Shown: positions 52,301 to 63,420, counted from the stretch's first letter. The stretch is 64,000 nt of DNA from Stegostoma tigrinum (GCF_030684315.1 NC_081387.1:23802647-23866646), one strand, 5' to 3'. Notes: generated by a model from the letters alone, not told the origin. Made by a program: numbers and translations.

Positions 52301-55300
52301 GTATTATTTTTCAATAATAAATACTATTGACTTAATTTAGCAAGTGAAAGATTAAATTACATGCTATTTAATTGTTGTTAGTAATTGAACAGTTTCTGTA
52401 GAGAATTGATCCATATAATAAGACAAAAAGTAAGGTTGAGACTTTGAAGGCATAGGAGCTGAAGTAGACCAATCCACTGATCAAGTCTGCTCCCACCATT
52501 TAGTATGATCATGGCTGCTCTGACGTCCTACAGCAAGTACTCTGGAAAGGTAATAGAATATTCTAGTTTATTGCAAAAGCAATTGAATGAAAGAGCAGGG
52601 ACGTAATGCTTCAGTAGACTACATCTGAAATACAGTGTGCAGAACCTGTCATCATACTTACACAAGGATGTTAATGCGTTGGAAGCAGTTAAGAGAAAGT
52701 TTACTACACTAATACTAGAATGAGATTGCTTTAAGACGAAATGCTGGACAGGGCCCGCATATCGTCTGGAATTTAGAAGAGTCAGAGGTGACTGAATTGA
52801 AACAAATGATAGAAAACCTTGACTGAGTGGATGTTGAAAGGATGTTGATGTAGAGCAGACCAGACCCCTCAAAATATTTTAAGAAGGCAGTCTAGACCCT
52901 AATATTTTCTTATCTTAAAGGTAGAAGAGAAGCACAGTGTTCCAGTGCAATTCAACTGGTCAAACTACTCAACATTAAGCAGAAACAATTTATTTAAACA
53001 TTATACTTAAAATATAAACACAAGAAAGAACTTAGAATAATTTTACTCTCATGGGAAACTTAACTGAGTAATAGATACAGTAACTATGTTCCAACATAGT
53101 AATATTCTATAAACACACCCCTTGGGAAAAAAGGAAAATTCAGACACAGATTCTCACATGCAGTTCTCCAATCGAGGAGGAAAAAAAATCACGAGAAAAT
53201 TCAGAGAGAGTAGCAGCCAGGAGACATCTTCTGAAGCTTCCAACACTGATGACAGCCCAGTAGCTTTTGATGGCACTGAAAAACCAAAACCCAGAAATCC
53301 TAACCTGTGAGTCCTGGTCACACCCATTCAGGTTGTGAAAAAAAATACAAGACCTCCAAAGCTGTTTACTCAAGTGGTATTAACTAGCTAGCACTGTACC
53401 TCTCATTCAATCTGTCTTTGACAATAAACCAGAACTAGGAGTCATAGTTTAAATATAAGGATCACCCATTTAAGTCAGAGATGAGGAAACATTTTCCTCT
53501 CAAGAGATTTGTGAGTCTTTGGAATTCCCTTCCTCAAAAGGCAGTGGATGCAGAATCTTTGAATATAAAGCAGAGGTCAATACATTTATTTTATATATGA
53601 GGTGTTACTGAAAATTGCTCTTTTAGGCTTAATGTTATTGAGGGCATAGACTAGGCGCAGAGTGAGATGGCAAGTAGATTTAGAGAAACGACTACACAAC
53701 AGGATCAGTCAGATAGATGAGTGACTGTCAGGAAAGGTAAGAAGTCCGTTCAAAAGCCTTCTGAGGCTATTCCTCCATCAAACAGGTATTCCATTTTAAT
53801 AAAATGTGAGGCTGGATGAACACTACCTCTCTGATGAAGGGTCTAGGCCCGAAACGTCAGCTTTGTGCTCCTGAGATGCTGCTTGGCCTGCTGTGTTCAT
53901 CCAGCCTCACATTTTATTATCTTGGAATTCTCCAGCATCTGCAGTTCCCATTATCTCAGGTATTCCATTTTGGGTACTTTTGAAAGGTACAGTCTCTCAG
54001 AGGAAAATAGAAGGAGCCGTCAGTTATTGGAGACTAGGAATGATTCTTATGTTAGGTAGCGTTTGTCAAAATTTGAAAGAATATTTGTTACAGGAGACTC
54101 TCCTGTTAGGGACATAAACAGGAGATCCTTTGGCAGTGAGCATAAATTCAGGATGGCCTGTTGCTTTCCTGGTGCTAGGATTAAGGACATCTCGAAATGA
54201 TTCAAGTATATTGTTAAAGGTGAGATTGAGAAGCCGCAAATTATCATACATATTGGGGGTATTTACATTTTTGTGGAAAAGATTAAAGCTTTACAAAGTG
54301 AATGTAAGAGGTTAAAGAGAAGATTAAAACCTGAAAAGTAATAATTTCTGGTTTTCTCCTGGTGCCAAACTCAAATGAGGGAAGGAATAAAAGGTTAAAG
54401 AAGACAAATCAATGGCTGCAGAGGTGGTGTATTGTTGAGGGATTCAGGCTTTTGGACCATTGGAATCTCTTCTGGGACAGAAAAGACTTGTTCAAAAAAG
54501 ATGGGTTTAATCTGAACCAGAAAGGATTCAATATGTTAGTGGAGTGATTTGTTGGCTCCATTAAGGGAGACATTACATTGCTAGAGGCCGGATGGATGGA
54601 TTTAAGGTAGCAGTTTAACTGAAAAGATTGATGAGGAAGGTTCAGAATATGAAAAGAGTAATTCAATTTGAAAAGAAGAACAAAAGAGAGTCAGAGAACA
54701 CAGTGCCTGTGAAGAATTAAATTGCAGTTATTTTAATGCAAGGGCCCTTACAGGTAAGGCTGACGAAGTCAGGCCATGTTTGCAAACATGGGATCGGGAT
54801 GTCACAGAAACTTGGCTGAGGATTGACAGACTGGCAGTTCAATGTCATTTTGATGCCATTCCTACTAATGTGTACAATAATTTCCGACTTCTTGCTCTCC
54901 CCTTTAACAACATGCTTGAAATGTTGAGAGACTTCCTTAATCCTAACACCAGGTTTTAAATGCTAAAAAAGATAGAAAGTGGGGCCAAGAAAGAAGGGGG
55001 AATGGTATTTTTGATTAAAGAATACATTACTGTTGTATCTAGAGAAGATATTTCTGAAAAATCGCCCAGTGAAAATATATGGGTAGAAATTAGAAATAAA
55101 AAAGGAAAGATCACCTTGATGGGATTTACTATAAGCTTCCCCAACAGCCAGACAGAAATTGAGAAACAAGTATGTAGACAACTCTCAGATATATGTAAGC
55201 ATTATAAGGTTGTACTAGTGGAGGATTTTAATTTTCTAAATATTGACTGGGGCTACAAGATTGTGAAAGATTTTTATGGTGAAAAATTTGGCAAATGTGT

Positions 55301-58300
55301 TCAAGAAAATTTTCTTTATCAGTGTGTGAATGTTCCAACTAGAGAAGGAGCAAAACGTGATTTTCTTGTGGGCAAGAAAGCAGGGTGACTGAGGTGAAAG
55401 CAAGGAAACACTTGGTGTAGTGGTCGCAATTCTATTAGTTTTAAAATAACTATCGAAAAGGATAAGCCTTCCATAAAAGTTAAAGTTTTTAATTGGAATA
55501 AGGCAAATTTTAATGGTATGAGGCAAGACTTTCAAAAGTTGATTGGAGTACACTGTTTACCAGTAAAAGAGTGTCTGGCAAGTAGGAGGCTTTCAAGAGT
55601 GTGATGGAGAGAGTTCAGAGGCATTATGTTTGAGTGAAGGACTAGCAAGATAAAGAACAATGGACGAATAAAGATATTGCAGCTCTAGTCAAGGATAAAA
55701 GAGAATCTTATTTTAGGTATAGAAAGCTGGGTTCAAATGAATCACTTAATCAATATAAAGAGTACAGGGACATTCTTAAAAGAGAAATCAGGAAAGGAAA
55801 GAGGGAATATGAGATAGCATTGGCAGATAAGGTTATGTATAATCCAAAGAGATTCTATGAAAACATTGACAGTAAGAGGGTAACTAGAGAGAGGGTAGAG
55901 CCCCTTAAAGATCAAAGAGGCCTTCTTTGTGTTGAACCACAGTAGATGGGAGAGATGCTAGATAAATATTTTGCACCAGTTTTTACTGTGGGGTAAAAAA
56001 TGGAGGCTGGAGACCTCAGGGAAATAAAATTGATGTTTTAAAAACAATTGATCAAGGAAGTTCTGGAGGTCTTAGAGAAAGATGCATAAATCATTGGGAC
56101 TTAATCTAATGGATTCTATGGGGCAGAAGGGGGTAAATTGTGGGTGCCCTTGCTGAAATGTTTGCATCATCTACAGCTACAGGTTATAGCCATGTGAATC
56201 TGACTTTAGGTGAATTGTTTGAGGTTATTCTAAAAGATTGGATTTATAAATATTTCGAAAGGTAAAAATTGATTAGGGATCATATGCATGGCTTTGAGCA
56301 AGAAAAATTGTGTCTCACAAGCTTGATTGATTTTCTTTTGAGGAAGTTACCAAAAAGATTGATGATGGCAGAGCAGAAGACGTTGTTCACTTGGACTTTA
56401 GTAAAGTCTTTAACAAGGTTCTGCATGGTAGAATAGTTTATAAAGTTCGGTCACATAGGATTCAGGGTGGGCTTACCAACTGGATACAGAAATGGCTTAA
56501 TGGCAAGAGACAGGATGGTAATAGAAGGTCGCTTTTACGACTGGAGGCCTGTCACTAGTGTTTTTTTTCACAGGGATCTTTTGTTGTCATTTATAATAAT
56601 GATTTGGATGTGAATATATAAGGCATGGTTAGTAAATCTGTGGAGACACTAAAATTGGTAGCATAGTAGTCAGTGAACGTTGTCTATGATCAAATAGGTC
56701 AATGGGCTACAAAATTGCAGATGAAGTTAAATTTGGATAAATTCGAGATAAACAAACCGGGCAGGACTCATACAATTAATATTAGGGCTTTGGATAGTGT
56801 TGGAGAACAGAGAGACTTGGGAGTTCAGATGTATAATTCTTTGAAGTTTGCATCACATATAGATAGGGTGGTTAAAAAGGCATTTAGCACACTTGCCTTC
56901 ATTGCTCTGTCCTTTGAGTATAGGACTTTAGAAGTCCTGTTGAATTTGGACAAGACATTTTTGAAGCCTCTTCAGGAGTACTGTGTCCAGTTCTGGTCAA
57001 CCTGGTACAGGAAGGATATTAAGCTAGAGGGGGTTCAGAAGAGATTTACCAGGATGTTGCTGGGTGTAAAAAGTTTGAATTATAAGGAGAGGCTGGACAG
57101 GTTGGGACATTGTTCACTTGTTCATAGGGGGTTGAATAGTAACCTTATAGAGGTTTATAAAATCATGAGAGGTATAGATAGGGTTAATGGTAGGTGTCTT
57201 CTCCCTAGGATGGGGGATTTCAAGATTGGGAGCAAATGTTTAAGGTGAGAGGATAAAGACTTACAAAAAGAAATGAAGTGAAATTTTTAGACAGAGTCTG
57301 GCTCACATGTGGAATGATCTTCCTGCAGAAGTGGTGGATGTGGACAGCGTTGCAATGTTTAAAAGACACTTAGCTAGTACAGGAATAGGAAATGTTTGAA
57401 GGGAAATGGGCCAGGAGCAGACAGGTAGGACTCATTTCATTTGGCATTATGTTTGGCATGCACTGGTTGCACTGAAGGGTCTGTTTCCATGCTGTATGAC
57501 TCTATTTGCCTTCCCTATTATCTGCTGACCCTTTGTGTCAGCTTCTTGTGATTTATGCACAAGGACCTTCAAATCATCTGTGCCAAATCTTTCTACAGTT
57601 TGTCTTCTTTTAAATAATAATCAGCTCCTCCGTTCTTTCTGCTAAAATGCGGAACCTCACATTTTCCCACATTAAATTGCATCTGTCAAGATTTTGCCCA
57701 CTCATATAGGCTATTTATTTCCTTTGTAGACTTTTTGTGTGATTGTCACCACTTGTCTTCTCACTGATTATTATGTCATTTGCCAACTTGGGAATAAGCT
57801 ATTCACTATCCTTATCAGCATTGTTAATGTATATTGTAAATAACTGTGGCCCTGGCAATGATCTCTGTGGTGCTCCACAACAAGTTTCCAATGTCAAAAT
57901 AACACAGTATGGAGATGGAGAAGCACTGATGTTGCCTGGCCTGCTGAACTTCTCTAGCTCCATGCTGTGCTATCTCTGTCTCCAGCATCTGCAGTTCTTG
58001 CTTTCTCCTTTCTGTAAATGTCCTCTTATCTTAACTCTGTCTTCTGTCCATTCTAATATACTACCCCCAACACCATGGGGTCTTACCTTATTATGTGGGA
58101 TACCTTTCTGAGTATACTTCGGAAATCCAAATACATTACATCCACTGCTTCCCCTTTATCTTTCCTGCTTATTACATCCTCAAGGAATTCTAATAAATTT
58201 GTCAGGAACGATTTTCTGCTTCATGAAGCCATGCTGACTCTGCTTGATGGTACGTATTTCTATAGGTTTCACTATTACATCCTTTACAATAGGCTCAGAT

Positions 58301-60977
58301 GTTTTCTCAAGAACAAATGTTAAGCTAACTGGCCTATAGTTCCCTGTTTTTGTTTCCTTTCCTTTTTGAGTAAGTGAGTTACGCTGGCAGTTTTATAATC
58401 TTATAGGAAGCTTGAAAGATTACTGCCAGTGCATGCTCTATCTCTGTAACTACTTTGTTTAATATAGTCCCTTTAATTTCCTTGATACTTCTTCTCCATT
58501 TCATTCCCCTTTCCCCTTTTGCTCTTTGATTATTCAATATTCAGTAGTTCTAAGCAAGATCACTGGACTCAAAGCATTAACTCTTTTTCATTCCCCACAG
58601 GTGCTGCCAGATCTGCTGAGTTTCTCCAATTATTTGTGTTTTGTTTACTTGGTTTTCCATCTGGGAAGGGCATTTGCGAATGAGATGGATTTTTATAGCA
58701 ATCAGTAATGGTTTCATGGTCACCATTATTTCTTTGTCCTGGAAGGTGTTAAACTTCTTGAGTATTGTTGGAGCTGCTCTCATCCAGGCAAGTGGGGAGC
58801 ATTCCTGGATTGTGCCTTGTAGATGGCAGTCAGGCTTTGGAGAATCACACGCCCTGGAGCGTGTCCAGCAGGGATTCACACGGATGATCCCTGGAATGGT
58901 AGGTTTAACATATGATGAACGGCTAAGGATCCTGGGATGGTACTCATTAGAATTTAGAAGGTTGAGGGGAGATCTAATAGAACTTACAAGATAATGTATG
59001 GTTTAGAAGGGGTGGACACTAGGAAGTTGTTTCCGTTAGGTGGGGAGACTAGGACCTGTGGGCACAGCTTTAAAATTAGAAGGGGTAAATTTAAAACAGA
59101 AATAAGATGACATTTCTTCAGCCAGAGAGTGGTGGGCTTGTGGAGTTCATTGCCACGGAGTGCAGTGGAGGCCGGGACGTTGGATGCCTTCAAGGCAGAG
59201 ATCGACAAATTCTTGATCTCAGAAGGAATCAAGGGCTATGGGGAGAGTGCAGGGAAGTGGAGTTGAAATGCCCATCAGCCATGATTTAAATGGCGGAGTG
59301 GACTTGATGGGCCGAATGGCCTTACTTCCACTCCATTGTCTTATGGTCTTATGGTGTAAAGTGAGTTACTTGCCACAACATTCCTAACCTATGGTGTGTG
59401 TGTATGTGTGTGTTTGTGTGTGTGTCTGTGTCTGTGTGTGTGTGTGTGTAGAGAAAGAGACAGAGACAGAGATATAGTTTTCTGTATTTATTTGTAGAGT
59501 TGGAGCTTTTGTTTATCATCACCACTTGAGTAATGTTTGATTGCATCAACCTAGTTCTTCATTTGTTATGAAGAGAACCTGGTTGACTTGTTTCTGACAC
59601 AAAAAGCTATATAAAATCTGATATACTATAACATATAATTGGCAATCTCTATAATCACTAATATCTATAATATAATCTCAATTCAACTGCAAGAAATGTC
59701 ACAACCTGCTGTGAACCTTTCTGCTAAAATCTGACTCCAGCTTGAGACGTGGAATTCATTGTAGGACTCATTGTGGAAGATCAGTGACTATTACAATTTT
59801 CAGACTATTCCAATTGTAATCTGTGGTCATCCCATCATTATTTTTACTCAATGTGAATGTGTGTGAGAGTGTGGACATGCTTGAGATCGTGTTTATGTAG
59901 CATTACAATAATTCAGGTTAAGCGTATGAAATAAATAATGTTTTTTAAAATTCTAATTAATGAAAGCCTGCTGCTTAATACCACAACAAATGGTATCAGA
60001 AAAGATTCCACAAGTTCCTCGGAACCATCTTGTTTATGGAATAAAAGACACCACACTAAATCTGTCTGTAACACCTGGTCACCCTTGTCAGGGACATCAC
60101 CGCTGATAGTTGGCTTCTGCCTACTAGCTGTTATGAACTGAAACCCAAGAAGATATTCCCTATCACATCGCGTCTTATTTAGCAATTGCCCTGCCCTCTT
60201 TACAGTGATACAACACAGATTCATCAGGATTTTGACTTTTACCAACAGACTTTGAGCTATTCTCTTCAGGTTCTAGCTTCTAATCTCCGTCTTCTTTCCT
60301 GAAAGTGTGCTTTCTTTTAAATTTCTAAATCTTTCAAAAACAAATGCCAACCAAGCACCCGAACTGTCCTTCATTCCAAATTGTGTTGAATTCCAAATTG
60401 TCCAATTCACCTCAGCTTGTTTAAATTCAGGATTATTTTTACTTTTACATTCTTTTTCATAATGTGAAGCTTAGGTTTTGTGTTCCAGGAAAGCCTGTTT
60501 AATGCTATTGTATTCCATACTTGCCATATATTTTGCTGCCAAGTTAAGTTCTGCTTTAAGAACTTCATTGAGGCCACTTTGGTGATTGTTGTCGTGGCCC
60601 ATGACTAAAGTTGACAAGATGGCTGCTTGGGGATTTTTTATTTTAACTGACACAAGATGGCTGAAAGGGTTAGGCAAATAATATAGCAGATATTTACAGC
60701 CAGACTTGTAGTCAGCATACAGAGATACTGGATGAGATAAGGTTCTCCGAAGGAAGAAACGTCAGGGAAGATAATTAGGTTCTAAATAGCCGCTGTTAAA
60801 ACATATAAGCATTTTAATAAGGGACATTTTGAAAGGCCTAGTTTAGCCACAGTCCCCAGTTTGTTACTTAGTTAAAAAGTAGAAGAGAAAGTCTTACCAT
60901 ACAGTGTTCTGAACCTTTTAAGTGTTTGTAAAATTAGAAATGCAAACAACGAATTAGTGTGAAAAGGTTAGTTGCAT
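15831..60977 (-). CDS. Butyrophilin-like gene (SP-IgV-IgC-TM-juxtamembrane micro-exons-B30.2), about 476-482 aa if the 1-nt leader insertion is corrected
   Basis: Eight exons with GT-AG boundaries, all joining in phase 1. The 348/282/27-nt exon sizes match classical BTN genes. Domain order is diagnostic. Confidence 0.92.
16873..17820 (+). mobile_element. Gypsy-type LTR element 5' end: LTR 16873-17525, tRNA-Pro PBS, gag start
   Basis: TGTTAT...ATAACA termini; PBS TGGGGGCTCTTGTCGGGAT at 17529-17547 (cf. Pro PBS TGGGGGCTCGTCCGGGAT); MALSVTKSFLGVEE from 17669. A partial LTR copy is at 18330-18540. Confidence 0.78.
17826..18332 (-). mobile_element. Penelope 3' end/pLTR with an inverted short repeat
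   Basis: Aligns with 11391-11810. Hammerhead-like cores at 17916-17956 (minus) and 18238-18265 (plus). Confidence 0.8.
18630..21087 (+). mobile_element. L2/CR1-group LINE fragment with nested SINE and PLE-derived insert
   Basis: AFAAIFSQKCRVDD, GVPHSSVLGPTIF, ADDC motifs; 3' tail cacatcccacaatgaataaaaaa. Confidence 0.88.
19256..19615 (-). mobile_element. tRNA-derived SINE (Deu-domain/SacSINE1-like) with an L2-like tail
   Basis: A box tggccgagtgg, B box ggttcaaatcc; tail matches the LINE end at 21030-21087. Another copy is at 63870-64000. Confidence 0.7.
21095..21545 (+). mobile_element. CR1 3' fragment
   Basis: SYWERLNSLGLFSLQRWRLRGD. Confidence 0.9.
21595..21621 (-). CDS. 27-nt pre-B30.2 micro-exon
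   Basis: tgttttcag|AGTGGAAGCGAATTTGTGACTGTGAAG|gtaag; encodes EWKRICDCE, equivalent to the BTN WRR 27-nt exon. Confidence 0.9.
22906..23039. repeat. PLE-derived foldback with a perfect 49-bp stem
   Basis: Arms 22939-22987 and 22991-23039 are exact reverse complements; loop gct. Confidence 0.95.
23525..24675 (+). mobile_element. CR1 RT and 3' end
   Basis: GVPWGSVLGP..YINDL..KFAGG, plus 3' UTR. Confidence 0.92.
24880..27110 (-). mobile_element. Old decayed CR1 with nested HE1 SINE
   Basis: Antisense CR1 ORF2-like sequence (FPKVFGKALH..HGVAGSILSWIGEWL). Confidence 0.7.
25232..25535 (+). mobile_element. HE1-type tRNA-derived SINE (full length)
   Basis: gcacggtggctcactggttagc (A box), ggttcaattcc (B box), CR1-like tail gcctgtttccacactgtaggga. 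Confidence 0.88.
27150..28265 (+). mobile_element. CR1 5' region (ORF1 SGNH esterase and endonuclease relics)
   Basis: VRGDCIIRGSDRHFSGHKRDCRIMRCLPDA; ggtgattttaac (GDFN). Confidence 0.75.
28545..28742. repeat. PLE-derived short repeat with an inverted 5' part
   Basis: gggtctaggcccgaaacg core, with a partial inverted duplicate upstream; similar copy at 28285-28405. Confidence 0.8.
30538..30975 (-). mobile_element. Gypsy LTR fragment (related to 16873-17525)
   Basis: Begins tgttatggagcagaccagaaccccttcaaata, the reverse complement of the LTR end. A further copy is at 52843-53425. Confidence 0.7.
30985..32490 (+). mobile_element. Young CR1 3' end (30985-31547) followed by older CR1 fragments
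   Basis: Intact ORF2 C-terminus and (gttctat)n tail. Confidence 0.92.
33345..33920 (-). mobile_element. CR1 3' fragment
   Basis: [25 protein letters not shown]. Confidence 0.85.
34321..35420 (+). mobile_element. Decayed PIF/Harbinger transposase
   Basis: FHPRFHFLRMGKAQCQYRLCLS, FPQVQGTISCTHV, RKGFHSINMQV, KGYPL, YNAA..TRAMVEKTRDLLKM*FHCLD (HARBI1-type motifs). Confidence 0.85.
34325..34425 (+). repeat. 18-bp tandem repeat (about 5 units)
   Basis: cagcagcgttcccaggat/cagcggtgatcccaggat/cagcagcaatcccaggaa. Confidence 0.85.
36437..36930 (+). mobile_element. CR1 RT fragment truncated at both ends
   Basis: LGPLLFVIYINDM..FSDDTKIGG. Confidence 0.88.
36952..37444. repeat. 166-bp inverted duplication of a Gypsy pol relic
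   Basis: Arms 36952-37117 and 37279-37444 with 3 mismatches; the spacer reads DAGDISLNAVLLQGNDMGIGWPVIYF (Gypsy RNase H). Confidence 0.9.
38120..38690 (-). mobile_element. Old CR1 3' fragment
   Basis: Antisense ORF2 C-terminus and 3' UTR. Confidence 0.75.
39336..39368 (-). CDS. 33-nt juxtamembrane micro-exon
   Basis: tctttgtag|AACTAGAACTTCAGAAATCTTTCGTAGAATGTG|gtaagt; encodes (E/K)LELQKSFVEC. Confidence 0.85.
39540..39557 (-). CDS. Candidate 18-nt juxtamembrane micro-exon
   Basis: catccttag|AAACAAATCAGTTGCTTA|gtaag; phase 1-1, encodes ETNQLL. Confidence 0.5.
40930..42150 (+). mobile_element. Decayed Penelope element
   Basis: FINDCIG (YIDD-like) RT relic, GIY-YIG region (CPSFDLVY..VPVQGL..EEQHHIF), degenerate pLTR. 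Confidence 0.72.
42756..42875 (-). CDS. BTN-like transmembrane exon
   Basis: 120 nt, tttgcag|AC...AAAG|gtacag. Encodes DDIFPGVPDWLAPLLTTLCCVIAGIAALLYWSVKHHRQIK (translated by hand; not in the ORF track). Confidence 0.92.
44483..44764 (-). CDS. BTN-like IgC exon
   Basis: 282 nt, ttacag|GT...TCAG|gtttgt. Encodes LGHQPWIQLKGYHENGIQLVCKSSGWFSQPEIQW...FTCLIKNDHL. Confidence 0.97.
47068..47712 (+). mobile_element. Two tandem HE1-type SINEs (47068-47357, 47420-47712)
   Basis: Two gtggttagcactgctgcctc heads and two CR1-like tails. Confidence 0.85.
49340..50690 (-). mobile_element. CR1 fragments (minus 49750-50690, nested in an older plus copy)
   Basis: EFNPGKCEVMHF..VVKKVYCMLAFI. Confidence 0.8.
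51389..51736 (-). CDS. BTN-like IgV exon
   Basis: 348 nt, cattag|GT...ATAG|gttcgt. Encodes EFLVVGPAQPVEATVGEDALLECHL...VQW...YRGRTELL...GAISLRIKNITVFDSGEYRC. Confidence 0.97.
53640..57505 (+). mobile_element. Near full-length decayed CR1 (ORF1 esterase, APE endonuclease, RT, 3' UTR)
   Basis: NQWLQRWCIVEGFRLLDHW; GGMVFLIKE..ENIWVEIRN..EDFNFLNIDW; RT and C-terminus at 56673-57248. PLE insert at 53800-53958. Confidence 0.9.
53831..53858 (+). ncRNA. Minimal hammerhead ribozyme core (PLE-derived)
   Basis: CUGAUGA-A-GGGU(CUAG)GCCC-GAAA-CGUC. Confidence 0.6.
58845..59352 (+). mobile_element. CR1 3' end
   Basis: ALERVQQGFTRMIPGM; (tcttatgg)n tail. Confidence 0.9.
59394..59470. repeat. (GT)n/(GA)n microsatellite
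   Basis: Directly visible in the sequence. Confidence 0.95.
60898..60977 (-). CDS. BTN-like signal peptide exon (apparent +1 frameshift)
   Basis: ATG at 60977, donor G|gtaag at 60898. The exon is 80 nt; removing one T from CCTTTTC gives 79 nt and MQLTFHTNSLFAFLILQTLKRFRTLY(G), in phase with IgV. Confidence 0.65.
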
Positions 60978-61354
60978 TCCTTGAGCAAACGATTGTCAGC
61001 GGTAAAGAGGCCCATTTCATTATTAGGAAATATAAAACGGTGTAAACAGACAACCTCTAAGAGAGCAAAGGAGGGTGGAAAACATGGAGAGATTAACATT
61101 TGCAGTTTAAGTGCAGATTCTTCTATCCAAAGATCAAAGGAAGCGTGACCGACACAGGTTATAAAATACAGAATGAAGCTGTGGTTATGTCCCCTCGTTA
61201 TTTATGGAATCTAAACAAGTTTTGTTTAATGGTTTCGTAAAGTTGAAAAATGATTGAATTTCACCCTCATCAGTGGAATTTGAATAGATGCTTTTTATTG
61301 AGAAAATTAGTAATGGAAAGTGTTTAGAGCAGAAACAGTAAAAGATTCATCCAA

Positions 61355-61580
61355 GACAACAAGGCATAGAGCTGGATGAACACAGCAGGCCAAGCAGCAT
61401 GTTAAGAGCAGGAATGCTGATGTTTCGGGCCTAGACCCTTCATCAGATTTCATTTCTACTGAAAGGTCTAGGCCCGAAACGTCAGCTTTCCTGCACCTAA
61501 GATGCTGCTTGGCCTGCTGTGTTCATCTAGCTCTACACCATGTTGTCTCAGATTCTCCAGCATCTGCAGTTCCTATTATC
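61355..61580. repeat. PLE-derived inverted repeat pair
   Basis: Head-to-head copies around gggcctagaccc/ggtctaggccc; aaagattcat flanks both sides (61340-61349, 61581-61590), a candidate TSD. Confidence 0.8.
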
Positions 61581-62779
61581 AAAGATTCATTCAAGATCTG
61601 ATTTAAAATTTTCTAATAGAATGTACATAGCAGGGTGTCATATACTGTAGCTGCAAGTCAGAAGGACTGTTGTTTGATCTATCAAGCTGAAGTGAGAGAG
61701 GCTTGTCCCGATCTGTCAGTGTGTCGCGGAACTGTAGTAACGCAATTTTGATTTCAGTTGATTTTAAAAACTATTAAATGATTAGTAGAAATTGATAGTC
61801 TTCTGTTCAAATGTTTGCAGAGAATTTGGAGGAGTTTTTTGTGAAAAGTGACTATTTAGATTATTGGTATATAAAATGCAGTGCAGCTGACAAATGTCAG
61901 GGAAGGAATAGAATTGTCAGAAGCTTTGCAAGATCCCAAAGACAGAAAATGCAGGTATCTGGTAGACATCATGAGATTATGGGAGTATACAGGGTTGTCC
62001 ATAGAGTTGTCTGTCATTGATCACTTGTTTACTGGATTGGATGTATAGATTAGGGGGATATGGGTAGTGATGACATTAACGTTGCATGTCATTATTGTAA
62101 TGTGAAAGACATAAAAATGTTCTATTCTGCTGGGGAAAGTTGTAACGTCATTGACCTCTCCTGTGATCTGAGCTGTCATCAAGAGGGCCCCACGTGAAAA
62201 ACAGATTTGGAGGGGTCTCTGACCTCTCCCACTTATGTGGTAGTGGAGCTCTGAACAAAGATTGTTTCTGCTGCTGAAGATTCCTCTTTGATATTTCTCC
62301 CTACAACATTGATCATCTGAGAAAGCATGATCTGTTCAGTTCATGAATTCTTCTGATTTCCTTTGGTTTTTCATATCTCCCTGAGATTAATATTAGCCTA
62401 ATTTTGCCCTGGCAAGAGCTAGTGTTTCCTCAATCTGTTGCTTTAATTTACATTCAAGATCATGTATTCATCCCTGCAGCTTGATCATGTCAACATTGGA
62501 TTCAGCTTTCCACCTTTCTTCAAAGCAGGCTTTTTCCTTTGGCTTTCCTTTAGCTTTGAGGCTGTTGCTATCTGCTTTTCCAAAGTTTGCTCATGCCTTT
62601 ACTGCATTTTTAAATGAGGTTGTCTTAAAATTTCTCCAACTACTGCTAAATTTTATCCTCCACCTGATGCTACAATGTTCTTTTTAAAAGTTTATACTTG
62701 CTCTGCAGAAGACCTCAAGGTTCTGACCTCAAGTTTCAATTACCTTCCATTTCAACATACCACCATATTCCCTGGCCAC

Positions 62780-63420
62780 CAGCTATGTCTCAGGCTTGTT
62801 GCAATGCCCTGGTGAGGCTCAGCATAAGCTGGAAGAACAGCATTTCGTTTTTCACTTGGGGTCTCTGCAGTCTCTAGAAAGTTAGAAGCTGATTATGTCA
62901 CTCCATGTTTGTTCCTCACCATGGTCCTGTCATGACATTTGTTGCTAACAGCACAGCATACCCCTTCTCTCCCACAGTCAGCTCTTATTCAGTTTCTCTT
63001 CTGTCCTGGCTTACTGTCAACAATTCCCCTGTCTGTCTACTCCTTTCCTCTCTCTCTCTCTCTCTCTCTGGCCTCTGTCTCCGCCTATCTGCTCACTTTT
63101 CCTCCCTTCACCCCTCCCCCATCCCTGTCTTCAGCATAAATATCACTCGTTCTCACCTGGTTATGAGTTCTGATGAAGAGTCACCAATCTCAAAACATTA
63201 ACTCTGTTTTCTCCCCAGGCATGCTGCTAGATCTGGTGATTTTCACCAGCAATTTCTGTTTTTGTTTCAGAACCAGTTTAAAACATTTTTGTGCGATACT
63301 AAGAACTTCCGATGCTGCAGTCAGAGATAACACAGTGTGGAGCTGGAAGAACACAGTGAGCCAGGGAGCATCAGAGGAGCAGGGATGTTGATGTTTCGGG
63401 TCGGGATCCTTTATCATTTT
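62780..63420 (+). mobile_element. Penelope 3' end with pLTR
   Basis: AQHKLEEQHFVFHLGSLQ; GAGTT-CTGATGA...AACTC hammerhead scaffold at 63165-63204. Confidence 0.8.
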
